Below, one piece after another: positions 9,399-18,431 of a DNA stretch of 57,006 nt. Within the stretch, counting starts at the first letter, position 1. Each line of letters starts with the position of its first letter. The position numbers were made by a program, and so were the translations under genes. The DNA is taken from contig JANMWN010000085.1 in NCBI GenBank assembly GCA_031394045.1, positions 1 through 57,006 on the forward strand. Direction: 5' to 3'. The DNA is from Sporichthyaceae bacterium. GTDB taxonomy: Bacteria > Actinomycetota > Actinomycetes > Prado026. Below the pieces are notes generated by a model. The model saw only the letters and a program-made list of their open reading frames with translations. It made no database searches and had not been told where the DNA came from.

Positions 9399-10523
9399 TC
9401 AACGCTGAGCACGCTGCTCGGTTCGGGTGAGTGCTTGGAGTGCCCGGTCGTGGGTGTCGGGCAGGGTGTGCAGGTACTTCTGGGTGGTCTGGATCTGGGA
9501 GTGCCCGAGGCGTTCCATGACGGTCTTGAGGTCGGCTCCGCCGGCGAGCAGCCAGGATGCGTGGGCGTGCCGCAGGTCGTGCATGCGCACAGGGAAGCCG
9601 AGGTTGGCGGCGTCGAGGGCGGGAAGCCAGTAGCGGGTGCGGAAGGTGTTGCGGCTGAGCGGGTTCCCTGCGGCGGTCTCGGTGGACGGGAACATCAGGT
9701 CGTCACGACCCAGGCCGAGCCGGTCGATCTGCACGCTCAAGGTGTCGAGAAGTTCGGGCCTGACGCCGAGGACGCGTGGTTCGTCGTCTTTGGGGTAGGC
9801 CTTGATGATGAACCGCTGGCCGGTGGGGGAGAGCTTGCGGGAGACCTCCACGATGGTCTCTTCCACGGTGATGGTGCGGCGCAGGAAGTCCACATGGCGC
9901 GGTCGTAGGGCGATAAGCTCACCCCACCGCAGGCCGGTCTCGATCTCGGTCAGGACCAGGGCTAGGAACCGGTCGGGGACGTGGCCCAGGAGCCGCTGGA
10001 ACTCCTCGGGGGTCAGGGTCCGGGTCTTGCGGGGGATCACCTTGGGGAGCTCGGTGTCACTGCTCGGGTTGTAGCCGATGACCCGGTCGCGGACGGCTCG
10101 TTTGAAGATGGACTTGAGCATGGCGTGGTACTTGGCGATGCTGCGCGCGGACAGCCCGCCGTCGGCGGCTTGGGTGACCCAGGCCTGCACGGTGGAGGGG
10201 GAGATGTCGGCCAAAGCCATGTCGCCGAAGTAGGGCAGGAAGTGCTTGTCGAGGTAGGACCGGTACCCGGCCCTGGTGGTGACCTCCAGGTGCCGGCTGG
10301 GCCACCAGGACTCCTCCACATACGAGTGGAACGTGACCCGGCCGGCTTGCCGGTTGTACCAGCTGCCGTCCTCGACCTTGCCCTCGGCCCGCTGCCCAGC
10401 ACGTAGGGCTGCACGTTCGTTGGAGAAGGTCCCCGCGGAGCGAGTGTTGCCGGCGGGGTCGCGGTAGTAGCCGATGTGCCGACGTTGACCGTCGGAGGTC
10501 ACCCGGACCCTGGTCCATGCCAT
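9399..10523 (-). CDS. int: tyrosine-type site-specific integrase (copy 1)
   Basis: Motifs RMHDLRHAHASWLL and LGHSQIQTTQKYLH (catalytic Tyr region). Preferred start is MAWTRVRV. The track ORF runs on to 10697 through the att core, which is unlikely to be coding. Confidence 0.9.
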   Translation of the reverse strand: MAWTRVRVTSDGQRRHIGYYRDPAGNTRSAGTFSNERAALRAGQRAEGKVEDGSWYNRQAGRVTFHSYVEESWWPSRHLEVTTRAGYRSYLDKHFLPYFGDMALADISPSTVQAWVTQAADGGLSARSIAKYHAMLKSIFKRAVRDRVIGYNPSSDTELPKVIPRKTRTLTPEEFQRLLGHVPDRFLALVLTEIETGLRWGELIALRPRHVDFLRRTITVEETIVEVSRKLSPTGQRFIIKAYPKDDEPRVLGVRPELLDTLSVQIDRLGLGRDDLMFPSTETAAGNPLSRNTFRTRYWLPALDAANLGFPVRMHDLRHAHASWLLAGGADLKTVMERLGHSQIQTTQKYLHTLPDTHDRALQALTRTEQRAQR

Positions 10524-10540
10524 CAGCTGCTCCCGAGGCC

Positions 10541-10562
10541 GTGACCGCAGTGTGACCGCAGT
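10541..10562 (+). repeat. tandem direct repeat GTGACCGCAGT x2 upstream of int copy 1
   Basis: Two perfect 11-bp units, 18 nt from the int start codon. The identical pair is present upstream of int copy 2. Confidence 0.7.
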
Positions 10563-10689
10563 CCTTGCCACGCAGGGGTGGACGCCGGCGGACGCCAACG
10601 GAACGAGCGCTGAGCCTCTGACCTGCACATATGTCGAGTCTGCCACGAATTTGAGCGCGAGGGTAGGGCTCGGTCTACGAGGGTGGACT

Positions 10690-10735
10690 CGGCTCATAAC
10701 CCAGAGGTCGCAGGTTCAAATCCTGCCCCCGCTAC
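10690..10735 (+). repeat. att core a: 3' half of tRNA-Met(CAT)
   Basis: CGGCTCATAACCCAGAGGTCGCAGGTTCAAATCCTGCCCCCGCTAC covers the anticodon loop CTCATAA, variable region, T arm GCAGG/CCTGC and acceptor 3' strand. There is no D arm or acceptor 5' strand upstream. Confidence 0.85.
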
Positions 10736-10928
10736 AAAGTAAGTGCAGGTCAGAGGCATGATCACCGATCTTGGTGGTCAAGCCTCTGATGCTCGTGACT
10801 GCAGATGACCGCCGAATGGGCCGCGCATCTGCTGCGAAGCTCAAGAGCGGCCTGACCTCTGGGTCATTCGCCCAGTGGTTTTGGACAGGGTGAGGGAACG
10901 GGTGCCGTCTGCGGCGCGTCGCTGGATC

Positions 10929-11450
10929 ATGGGGACCGTGCGAGCGAACTGGGTTCTGGGAGCGGTCGGCGCACTAGCGGCTGCGCTGCTGGTCTCGAGC
11001 TGCACGAATGGATCCGTTGGGCCCCAAGGAAACTCGGCGCTGGCCATGTCGACGTCGTCGTCCCCGTCCGGTCCGGCAGCCCCGACGGCGACGGTCGGCG
11101 TTGAGCCGGCAACTCTGGAGGATCCGCGGGGATGCGCGGTCGCGGGGGAGGGGGAGGGGCCGAGCGCCATCGTGACGGCGTCGCTTGCGAGTCCGCCCCG
11201 GCAGTTCTCGGCGCTACTTGGGCAGCAGTTCGAGACAGCGGAGCTGACCGCGGTGTCGCCCGGACGGTCTTCGGCTAGCGACGGGCGGGTGCTGAAGGTG
11301 ATTGGGTTCCGGGCGGAGCCGAACGGGATGACGTATACCGAGTTCCAGGCTGTCGGTATCGGTCCGCCGTTGGTGACGGTGACGCGCACGAACGTAAGCG
11401 GGGCGACTTCAAGGTTGCAGGTGCTGGTCACCGTCGCCTGCCACCTGTAG
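10929..11450 (+). CDS. hypothetical lipoprotein
   Basis: The internal Met gives a signal peptide with lipobox (AAALLVSSC). Good third-position GC. No family recognised. Confidence 0.5.
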   Translation: MGTVRANWVLGAVGALAAALLVSSCTNGSVGPQGNSALAMSTSSSPSGPAAPTATVGVEPATLEDPRGCAVAGEGEGPSAIVTASLASPPRQFSALLGQQFETAELTAVSPGRSSASDGRVLKVIGFRAEPNGMTYTEFQAVGIGPPLVTVTRTNVSGATSRLQVLVTVACHL

Positions 11451-11509
11451 GCGTCCGCGGCTCTGGTCGGCTGCGACGTCTGGCCCAGTGGAGCTCGAGC
11501 CACACCCTC

Positions 11510-12162
11510 GTGGTCATGACTCGCCGCGCCCGGCTGTTGATCGTGCTGGGGTTGAACCTGGCCTTGATCGCTGGGTTGGTCGCGGTCGGTATCGCCGGGC
11601 ATTCGGTCGGACTGCTGGCAGCGGGCGGGGACTATCTGGCTGATTCGGGTGCCATCGTGTTGGCGCTGTTGGCGCTGTTGGCGATCTGGCTGCGGGATCG
11701 GCCCCCGACTGCCCGCAGACCCCAGGGCTATCCGCGGGCGCCCGCCTACGCGCCTTGGTGAACGCGGGGCTGCTGCTGGTTGTCGTGGTGTTGGGTTTCG
11801 TCGCCGCGGCCCGGCGGCTGCTCACAGGGACCGGCCAAGTCCACGGTCTGCCCGTCATGGTGACGGCGGGTGTCGCGGCCGCGGTGATGGTCGGCGGGGC
11901 GCTGATCCTGGGTGGCGACGTCGATCAGGACGACGACACCGACGCCGACCGGGCGAACATGCGTGCCGTGCTCTTGGACACCGTCGCGGACGCGGCCGCC
12001 GCAGCCGGCGTTGCCATCGCTGGTCTGGTCATTCTGGTGACGGGGGGTTGGTTCTGGCTCGACCCTGCGGTCGCCCTACTCATCTCCGCCGTCATCGGCT
12101 ACCACGTGGTCCTTCTGCTCCGCGACATCTCCCGCAGCCTGCGCCACCCAGCCAGCAGCTAG
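11510..12162 (+). pseudogene. cation diffusion facilitator (CDF) transporter, frameshifted
   Basis: HSVGLLAAGGDYLADS and ..GYPRA in one frame continue as RLRALVNAGLLL.. and ..LDPAVALLIS.. in the -1 frame. The shift is near 11740 in a G/C run. Confidence 0.6.
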
Positions 12163-12204
12163 CGCCCCGGGCCACCGAGCGCCGTAGCGGGTGAGTTCGC
12201 CTGG

Positions 12205-12582
12205 TCATCGGATTCCGCTGTCCAAAGTGATCGTGATGGTGCTAGCGCTGCTGGCCGTGACTTGGACGACCCGGCTGGCCAATGTTCGGTACCCGCCGGG
12301 TCGGGTTGCTGTCAGCGTGTAAGTCCCGGCCGGGAGCGTGAGAGTGAAGGAACCGTCGGGGGCCGAGCGAACTCGGGCGACCTCGACGGTGCCGAGGGAG
12401 GCGACAATGCTGGCGCCGGAGACGCGGATCGCGGGGCATGGCGACGCCGCCCGCTCCACTGGGCAACCGGGCGCGGCCAGCACTGTCCCCTGTACGACGG
12501 CAGTGGATCCAGACGAAGCCGTGATGTTCCCGCAGGCCGCGAGTGTCAGCGTGGCCACCAGGATGAGCAGGCCGTTCTTCAC
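12205..12582 (-). CDS. lipoprotein with carboxypeptidase-regulatory-like beta-sandwich
   Basis: GTG start gives VKNGLLILVATLTLAAC (lipobox). DGSFTLTLPAGTYTLTA is typical of CarboxypepD_reg-like domains. Confidence 0.55.
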   Translation of the reverse strand: MKNGLLILVATLTLAACGNITASSGSTAVVQGTVLAAPGCPVERAASPCPAIRVSGASIVASLGTVEVARVRSAPDGSFTLTLPAGTYTLTATRPGGYRTLASRVVQVTASSASTITITLDSGIR

Positions 12583-12637
12583 GCCTGGTTCGACGCGGCC
12601 CCCACGAATCGCGTTCCGAGAACGGACGGTCGAAGGC

Positions 12638-12669
12638 TTGACCTTCGAGTCCACTTGAAGGTCTACCGT
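12638..12669 (+). promoter_or_regulatory. MerR-type promoter with 20-bp spacer and internal dyad
   Basis: TTGACC (12638) - 20 nt - TACCGT (12664). The dyad GACCTTC-N10-GAAGGTC lies inside the spacer. The merR-like ATG is 7 nt after the -10, so the transcript is probably leaderless. Confidence 0.45.
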
Positions 12670-12675
12670 CGCGGC

Positions 12676-13494
12676 ATGAGCGACACATTGCTGATCTCCG
12701 AGCTTGCGGCTCGCAGCGGTTTCACCGCGTCAACGCTGCGGTACTACGAGCAGGTCGGCCTGTTGGCTGCGGCTGACCGGACACCTGCGGGCTACCGGCT
12801 GTACGGCGAGGCGGCGTTGACGCGGCTGCGGTTCATCGACCGGGCCAAACAGCTCGGTCTGCCGCTGGAGGAGATCCGCGAGCTCGTGGGGATCTGGGAC
12901 CAGGGCCAGTGCGCGCATGTCCAGGACAAGCTCCGGGCGCACATCAGCGCGCGGTCGGCGCAGGTGAGGACGAGGATCGCGGAGCTGACCGTGTTCAGTG
13001 TGCAGCTGGACGCCGCCGAGGTCGACCTGGCAACGCAGTCTCCGGACGGGGCGTGTGGTGATGGCTGCGGCTGCCTCCCCGTCCGGCCAGCCGGTACTCG
13101 GGTCCCGCAACCGGTCGACTTCACCCGAGCACGGCCGGAGCCGACCCCGGGAACCGGCCGGATCGACAGTGCCGCTGTGGGAAAGGGTCTCGCGGCAGCG
13201 ACCGCGGTGGCGTGCACCCTTTCGGTGGGCGACCAGCCGGCGCGGATGGGCGAGTGGAACGAGCTGCTGGCGTTGGCCGTCGACCGCGCGCCGGTCCCCG
13301 GTGGGCTGCGGCTGCGGTTCCCCGCCGACCCCGAACTCGCGGGACGTTTGGGTGACCTCGCGGTCCGCGAGCAGGCGTGCTGCTCGTTCTTCGCCTTCAC
13401 CCTGCACCTGACGCCCGGCGCGGTCATGTTGGACGTACTGGCACCGGAAGATGTGCGGCCGATCGTGGCCGAGATGTTCGGGATCCGCGCATGA
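12676..13494 (+). CDS. MerR family transcriptional regulator with Cys-rich C-terminal extension
   Basis: N-terminal HTH ISELAARSGFTASTLRYYEQVGLL, a coiled coil, a Cys cluster GACGDGCGC, and an extra ~120-aa domain with an ACCSFF motif. Confidence 0.85.
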   Translation: MSDTLLISELAARSGFTASTLRYYEQVGLLAAADRTPAGYRLYGEAALTRLRFIDRAKQLGLPLEEIRELVGIWDQGQCAHVQDKLRAHISARSAQVRTRIAELTVFSVQLDAAEVDLATQSPDGACGDGCGCLPVRPAGTRVPQPVDFTRARPEPTPGTGRIDSAAVGKGLAAATAVACTLSVGDQPARMGEWNELLALAVDRAPVPGGLRLRFPADPELAGRLGDLAVREQACCSFFAFTLHLTPGAVMLDVLAPEDVRPIVAEMFGIRA

Positions 13495-13814
13495 AGGCCG
13501 CCAGGATGACCCGAGGCGACAAGGGCGTGCTGGTGGCGGTGGTCGCTGCGTGTGCGGCCTGCTGCGCCGGGCCGCTGCTCGCGGTCCTGGCGGCGATCGG
13601 GGTGACATCGGCGCTGGCCGCGTTCGTCTTGCCTGGCTTGGCGGTGGTCACCGTCGCCGCCGGGGGAGGGGTCTGGTGGCTGCGCCGACGGTCCCGCGCT
13701 GGCTGCGTGAACTTGCCTGGGACCGTCGATCTGGCGATGCCCACGCTGCGTCCCGTTGGCGAGGTCCATGACGGCGCGAGCGCGTCCGAGTCCGCGACGC
13801 GACACGTCCAGTAG
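13491..13814 (+). CDS. MerF-like two-TM metal ion transporter candidate
   Basis: ATGA-coupled to the MerR gene. [22 protein letters not shown] matches the MerF-type CC-x2-P TM1 pattern as I recall it, and a second TM helix follows. Confidence 0.5.
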   Translation: MKAARMTRGDKGVLVAVVAACAACCAGPLLAVLAAIGVTSALAAFVLPGLAVVTVAAGGGVWWLRRRSRAGCVNLPGTVDLAMPTLRPVGEVHDGASASESATRHVQ

Positions 13815-13899
13815 ACGTCAGTGGTGCGGGGTACAGCGATCGACGTCGAGCCGGTGTTGTGGTCCAGAGGCGACATGGCCGGTCTGCCAGGATGGCGAG

Positions 13900-14231
13900 A
13901 TGACGGTGGTCCGGTCGCTTCTGCTCTTCGTCCTTGCTGCCATCGCCGAGATCGGCGGGGCCTGGCTTGTGTGGCAGGGCGTCCGCGAGCAGGAGGCTTG
14001 GCCTGGGTTGGGGCGGGCATTGTCGCGTTGGGTGCGTACGGGTTCGTGGCGACGTTGCAGCCCGACGCGCACTTCGGTCGCATCCTGGCTGCGTACGGCG
14101 GGATCTTTGTTGCGGGCTCCCTCGCCTGGGGCATGGTGTTCGACGGTTTCCGACCCGACCGCTTCGACATCGCCGGCGCGGCGCTGTGCCTGATCGGTGT
14201 CGCGGTGATCATGTACGTTCCGCGCACCTGA
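13900..14231 (+). pseudogene. YnfA (UPF0060) family membrane protein, frameshifted
   Basis: [30 protein letters not shown] in one frame continues as [38 protein letters not shown].. in another. The shift is near 13995. Confidence 0.6.
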
Positions 14232-14264
14232 CCTCGACTGGCTTCCGTGGCTCGCGTACCGGCT

Positions 14265-15038
14265 CTAAGTCGGCGGGACCTCGGCGGTGACAGGGCTTGG
14301 CTCGCGGCTCACCCAGGCAGCCGCAATCGCAGCCCCGAGGTGCAGCAAGGCCACAAAGGCGGCCAACAAGGCCAGCCCGGTTCGGGACTCGTTGACCTGG
14401 TGGACGACTTCTCGGATGTCCAGGGCGGTAAAGACCAGCATCGTGGCCGCGATTGCCACGGCAATGGCGCGGGAGCGGACGGTCAGAATCAGTGCCGCGA
14501 ACCCGAGCGACAACAAGACGGCCACAGCGACCAGTGCCGGAGCTTCAGGGTTGACCCCGAGCAACGTCTCGGAGCTGACCTCCGCCGAGTGCGTGGCAGG
14601 GTTCTCACCCACCTCGCTGTGCCCGGTTTCGGTCGTCGACGCACCCGGTGTGGCGGGCGTGGACTCGCCGCCATCGCCGTCCCCGGTGGCGCTCGGCGTC
14701 GCTGTGGGTGTCGGCGTCGGTGTGCGGGTGGTCGGTGGTTGCGTGGTCTTAGGTATGGGGCTGGTCTCACCGTTGTCGCCATCACCGCCGCTAGCCTTCG
14801 GCGTTGGGCTCGGTGCGGGCGCCTGTTTCGACGGGGCGGTGGCGACCGGGCTGACAGCGCTTGACCTTGCCGAGGGTGAGGCATCAGGCCGCGCACTCAC
14901 GGCTGCGCCCGTGTGGGACGGGTTGGCGTGGGTCTCGGAGCGTGTGCTGCCACGTTCGATGGCTGCGCCGGTGGCGAACGCGGCAGCGGAGATGATCAGC
15001 AGCGCGGCCGTGGTGATCCGGGCCCGGGTGGTCAGCAT
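14265..15038 (-). CDS. secreted/membrane protein with Pro/Thr/Ser-rich low-complexity region
   Basis: Signal-like N-terminus, a long PT-rich linker and three C-terminal TM helices. Good codon bias. Confidence 0.5.
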   Translation of the reverse strand: MLTTRARITTAALLIISAAAFATGAAIERGSTRSETHANPSHTGAAVSARPDASPSARSSAVSPVATAPSKQAPAPSPTPKASGGDGDNGETSPIPKTTQPPTTRTPTPTPTATPSATGDGDGGESTPATPGASTTETGHSEVGENPATHSAEVSSETLLGVNPEAPALVAVAVLLSLGFAALILTVRSRAIAVAIAATMLVFTALDIREVVHQVNESRTGLALLAAFVALLHLGAAIAAAWVSREPSPVTAEVPPT

Positions 15039-15187
15039 GAGTCGCCTTCGCGTCGAATGGGGTGTCTTGCTTACAGGGACGCCACCACCCGATCGGTGAT
15101 TGCATCGAGTCAGGGGCTGCGTGCAATCAAGCTGGGCCTGGCGGCGTCCCTACCGATGACAGGCACAGCCGGCGGCGGGAGGTGGGC

Positions 15188-15754
15188 ATGGATAGCGGTG
15201 ACGATCACGAGGAGTTCCTTGAGGCGACGCTGCGGCACGCCGATCTCGTTCACGCCTTGGCGCGCCGACTCGCCACCCGACCTGCCGATGTCGCCGACCT
15301 CGTACAAGAGACCTACCTACGTGCCTACGCGGCCTGGGGTCGACGCCGCCCCGACGACCCGGGGGCGTGGCTGGCCACGATCTGTCTGAACGTGGGCCGC
15401 GACGAGCTACGCCGCCACGCCCGACGCAAGGCCGCCGTCGAGGATGGGCCGGTCCCTGACCTGCCCGGACCGCAGGACACCGCGGAGGCCGCGTTGGCGA
15501 ACCTGCGCAGCGACAGGGTTCACCTCGCCCTGTGGCAACTGCCGGCGGCGCAACGGGTAGCGATCACCTTGATGGACCTGTGCGGGTTCACCGCAGCGCA
15601 GGCCGCCTCGATCACCGATGCGCCTAGGGGCACGGTCCTGGCCCGGGTCCATCGAGGCCGCAAAGCGTTGGCGCTGCACCTGTCCGACCAACGAGACCTG
15701 CCCGTCCAGGGAACCGGCCGAGGAAGCGAGGCCAGCCATGAGCCACGATCCTGA
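15188..15754 (+). CDS. ECF-type RNA polymerase sigma-70 family factor
   Basis: Region 2 DLVQETYLRAY and region 4 LPAAQRVAITLMDLCGFTAAQAASITDAPRGTVLARVHRGRKAL. Confidence 0.8.
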   Translation: MDSGDDHEEFLEATLRHADLVHALARRLATRPADVADLVQETYLRAYAAWGRRRPDDPGAWLATICLNVGRDELRRHARRKAAVEDGPVPDLPGPQDTAEAALANLRSDRVHLALWQLPAAQRVAITLMDLCGFTAAQAASITDAPRGTVLARVHRGRKALALHLSDQRDLPVQGTGRGSEASHEPRS

Positions 15755-16481
15755 GCTGCTCGCCGCGCAGTACCTGGACCACATGCCCGAGCCGGCCCGC
15801 GGTGACTTCGAGGCGCACCTGCTGACCTGCGACGGGTGCTGGCGGGAGATCAGTCTGGCCCGCGAAGGACGCGAGATCGCCGAAGGAGCCCGCGAGCTGG
15901 CACCGGCGGGGATCCGCGACGACATCCGCGCGACGATCACAGCATCGATCACCGCCTCGGCGGCCGGACGGCCGAACATTCGCAGGCGTCACCGTGCTGC
16001 TCTGGTCCTCGCGGTGGTCGCCGTCGTCGCATTAGCCGGCGCGGTCGTCATGCGCACACCAGCGCAGCGGTCATCGCGTTCGTCCGCGGCCGTCGCGTCG
16101 CCACGTACCGCGGTGACCGCAGCCGTCGACGACTACCGGGAAAACGAGCTCCCCGGAACCACCGTGCCCGCGCAGAGCGCACCAGACCTGTCGAGCATCG
16201 GCCTGCACCTGGTCGGCGCCGGGGCCGGCCACCTCGACGGCGCGGCCGTGAGCGTGTTCGCCTACCGCGATGCTGCGGGGACTCGGCTGTCGGTGTACCA
16301 GAGCAGTCGCGCATTCCCCGAAGGCGCCGAGGCACAGCACCTGGGCGACGACGACGACGCCTGGACGATGCAAGCCAGTGGGGTGTCCGTGCTGTGTGCC
16401 AAAGGCGCCCATTCCACGCTTCTGCTCAGCTCCGACTCCGCCCTCGTACGACAAGCAGGCGTCGTACTGAACGTGATCTGA
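15738..16481 (+). CDS. anti-sigma factor (zf-HC2 type) with TM helix
   Basis: Overlaps the sigma gene end. HLLTCDGCWREI is a zinc-finger-like motif, followed by a single TM helix (ALVLAVVAVVALAGAVV). Confidence 0.7.
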   Translation: MSHDPELLAAQYLDHMPEPARGDFEAHLLTCDGCWREISLAREGREIAEGARELAPAGIRDDIRATITASITASAAGRPNIRRRHRAALVLAVVAVVALAGAVVMRTPAQRSSRSSAAVASPRTAVTAAVDDYRENELPGTTVPAQSAPDLSSIGLHLVGAGAGHLDGAAVSVFAYRDAAGTRLSVYQSSRAFPEGAEAQHLGDDDDAWTMQASGVSVLCAKGAHSTLLLSSDSALVRQAGVVLNVI

Positions 16482-16488
16482 GGCGGTG

Positions 16489-17091
16489 TCAGTGCTTGAG
16501 CGCTGCCCGTCCTTCGACGACCGCGTAGTACACCAGAACAAGGCCGGCTATCGGGTCGGCCCACCACCAGCCCAGCGTGGCGTTCATGGCCAGCCCGACA
16601 AGTACGGCCGTGGCCAGCAGCCCGTCGATCAACGTGACCCGTCCTTCGGTGCGCAGGACCGGGTTGTCCAACGCCCGACCCACCCGGGCCTTGCCCGCTG
16701 CGAGGGAGAACATCACAACAGCTGTGACCGCAGTCCAGATGATCCCGGCGGGACTGTGTCCAGGATGCCATCCCGCAATGAGAACGACGACGGACTGAAC
16801 AGTCAGGTAGATCGCGAGAGCAAGGAACGCGACACCGATCATCCGCAGCGCGCGCCGCTGCCGAGCCTCACCCGTACCGGACAGCTCCCAGATGACGACG
16901 GTGCTCGCACCGATTTCGATCAGCGAGTCCAGACCGAAGCCGGCCAAGGCCACCGACCGCGCACTAATGGCCGCCGCGGCGAGGACGAAGATTCCCACGA
17001 CGTTCCAGCCGAGGGTGATCCACTCCAGGGTGAAGCCCTGGCGGAGCAGCCGGTCTCTGTGTGCGGCGTCAATCGAGGTCACGCCAGTCAT
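16489..17091 (-). CDS. cation efflux-type transporter (short, membrane domain only)
   Basis: 200 aa with 5-6 TM helices. SVALAGFGLDSLIE and LIDGLLA motifs are of the short cation transporter family. Confidence 0.65.
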   Translation of the reverse strand: MTGVTSIDAAHRDRLLRQGFTLEWITLGWNVVGIFVLAAAAISARSVALAGFGLDSLIEIGASTVVIWELSGTGEARQRRALRMIGVAFLALAIYLTVQSVVVLIAGWHPGHSPAGIIWTAVTAVVMFSLAAGKARVGRALDNPVLRTEGRVTLIDGLLATAVLVGLAMNATLGWWWADPIAGLVLVYYAVVEGRAALKH

Positions 17092-17383
17092 CTAACCGTC
17101 GCGGCGACGAGCAGTTGAAAGGGGATGCGGGAAGGGGTCCGTGTCCGCTGGATCCATGCGTTGCCTGGCCTCGCCGCCCGGTCCCGAACGGAGTGTGGGC
17201 GGCGAGGCGCGTTGTCAGCAGCAGCCGGAGCTTGACGAGTCACACGCGCAGCCGTCCTCGCACGTGCAGGAGAGAATTGGCGCATCTTCTCAGCCGTTCA
17301 CCCGATCCTGGCCGATGCCCGCGGTGCGTGAGCGCCCGACAATCATCGAGACAGTCAGCCGGGATTTTGGCTGTGGCTCGCTG

Positions 17384-17887
17384 CTATGCCGTGCCGTGCG
17401 TTGCGACGTAGGCGGTGAGCTTGTCGAGTGCCATCGTCCATCCGGCGGCGCCGGGGGATTCCGCAGGGATTCCGGCGTGGGTCATGACCATCATGGTGCG
17501 ACCGCCGACGTCTTCGAGGTCGACGCGGACCTCGGTCGTCACCGGATGTCCCTCGGGCATGCCCAGGTCCGCCGGTGATGTGATGTTGCCGTTCTCGTCG
17601 CACATTGCTTCGGTGTAGACGAGTCGCTTGTTCTCGACGACCTCCCGGTACTCCCCGGTGAACCACATGTGCATCGGACCATTCGGGGTCTGGACCAGCA
17701 TGCACACCAGTCGAATGCCGCCGACGCGCAGGTCGATGTTCGCGACGGGGATGGTGGCGCCGTTGGGGCCGTACCAGGCCTGGAAGTGCTCCGGGACGGT
17801 CCACATCTGCCAGATGAGCTCCACCGGAGCGTCGAAGGTGCGCTCGATCACGACCGCATTTGGGGGGCGGGTGGTGTCATCGCTCAT
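17384..17887 (-). CDS. SRPBCC (AHSA1/START-like) domain protein
   Basis: VIERTFDAPVELIWQMWTVPEHFQAWYGP is a typical Aha1-like N-terminus. Overlaps the upstream ArsR gene by 11 nt. Confidence 0.75.
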   Translation of the reverse strand: MSDDTTRPPNAVVIERTFDAPVELIWQMWTVPEHFQAWYGPNGATIPVANIDLRVGGIRLVCMLVQTPNGPMHMWFTGEYREVVENKRLVYTEAMCDENGNITSPADLGMPEGHPVTTEVRVDLEDVGGRTMMVMTHAGIPAESPGAAGWTMALDKLTAYVATHGTA

Positions 17888-18242
17888 CGTGTCCTGATGC
17901 CTTTCGTTGTGGTCGGAACGTCTTGAGGTACTCGTCCATCCGGTCGAAGCGGGCCTCCCAGATCGGCCGGTACTGCTCGGCCCAGGTCGAGACCTCCGCA
18001 AGGCGGGCACCGTCGAGTGCGCACGGTCGGTACTGGGCCAGCTGGCCGCGCACGACCAGCCCGGCGCGTTCCAGCACCTTGATGTGCTTGGAGATGGCCG
18101 GCAGCGACAGCGCAAACGGGGTGGCGAGCTCGTTGACCGTTGCTTCGCCTTGTGCGAGACGGGCCAGGATCGCTCGCCGTGTCGGGTTGGCCAGCGCGGC
18201 GAACGTCTCGTTGAGCCGATCTTCGTCGACCGACACTGGCAT
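17877..18242 (-). CDS. ArsR/SmtB family transcriptional regulator
   Basis: FAALANPTRRAILARLAQGEATVNELATPFALSLPAISKHIKVLERAGLV is a canonical ArsR wHTH. Confidence 0.85.
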   Translation of the reverse strand: MPVSVDEDRLNETFAALANPTRRAILARLAQGEATVNELATPFALSLPAISKHIKVLERAGLVVRGQLAQYRPCALDGARLAEVSTWAEQYRPIWEARFDRMDEYLKTFRPQRKASGHDER

Positions 18243-18267
18243 GGGTCGAGTCTCGCTTTCTGCCTCG

Positions 18268-18277
18268 GTTAATTAAC
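18268..18277. promoter_or_regulatory. AT-rich perfect palindrome GTTAATTAAC upstream of the ArsR gene
   Basis: An isolated 10-bp AT palindrome in GC-rich DNA, 26 nt upstream of the ArsR start. Possible operator. Confidence 0.3.
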
Positions 18278-18376
18278 TCATACGGAAAGTATCTCGTTTC
18301 CCGAGGCCCGTCAACGGGCTCGGATCAATCAGGCGCGGCCCCCCGGCCCCTGGTTCGCAGGGCCGAACACCCACTG

Positions 18377-18419
18377 CTTGCGAATAGCAAGTTGTGCGCG
18401 TAACTTGCTATTAGCAAGT
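18377..18419. promoter_or_regulatory. double palindromic operator upstream of the HxlR gene
   Basis: CTTGCGAATAGCAAG (18377-18391) and ACTTGCTATTAGCAAGT (18403-18419) share the half-site CTTGC/GCAAG. They end 12 nt before the HxlR ATG. Confidence 0.45.
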
Positions 18420-18431
18420 TGAGGAGGGTGC

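Larger units (their letters stand above)
1..10735. mobile_element. integrative island 1 (partial, left end outside window)
   Basis: Integrase plus conserved arm immediately left of core a. Cargo is a copper/metal module with several pseudogenes. Confidence 0.5.

Noticed and set aside
10620-10737. Possible complete tRNA-Met genes at the four core copies
   Set aside because: Only the anticodon loop to the 3' end is present. Upstream sequence gives no acceptor 5' strand (AGCGGGG), no GCTC..GAGC-type D arm and at best a mismatched anticodon stem. The upstream sequence of copies a and b is the integrase arm, and that of copies c and d is the AbiEii arm.
14560-14900. Repetitive-looking DNA as a tandem repeat or CRISPR-like array
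   Set aside because: It is the Pro/Thr/Ser/Gly-rich low-complexity coding region of 14265..15038, with no regular repeat-spacer periodicity. No CRISPR array was seen anywhere in the window.
17092-17383. Riboswitch or metal-sensing leader upstream of the cation transporter, including the strong hairpin CCTCGCCGCCC..GGGCGGCGAGG at about 17168-17208
   Set aside because: I could not match it to any riboswitch consensus I know (NiCo/czcD, yybP-ykoY). The hairpin lacks a U-tail. It may just be the terminator of the ArsR-SRPBCC operon, which is too weak to call.
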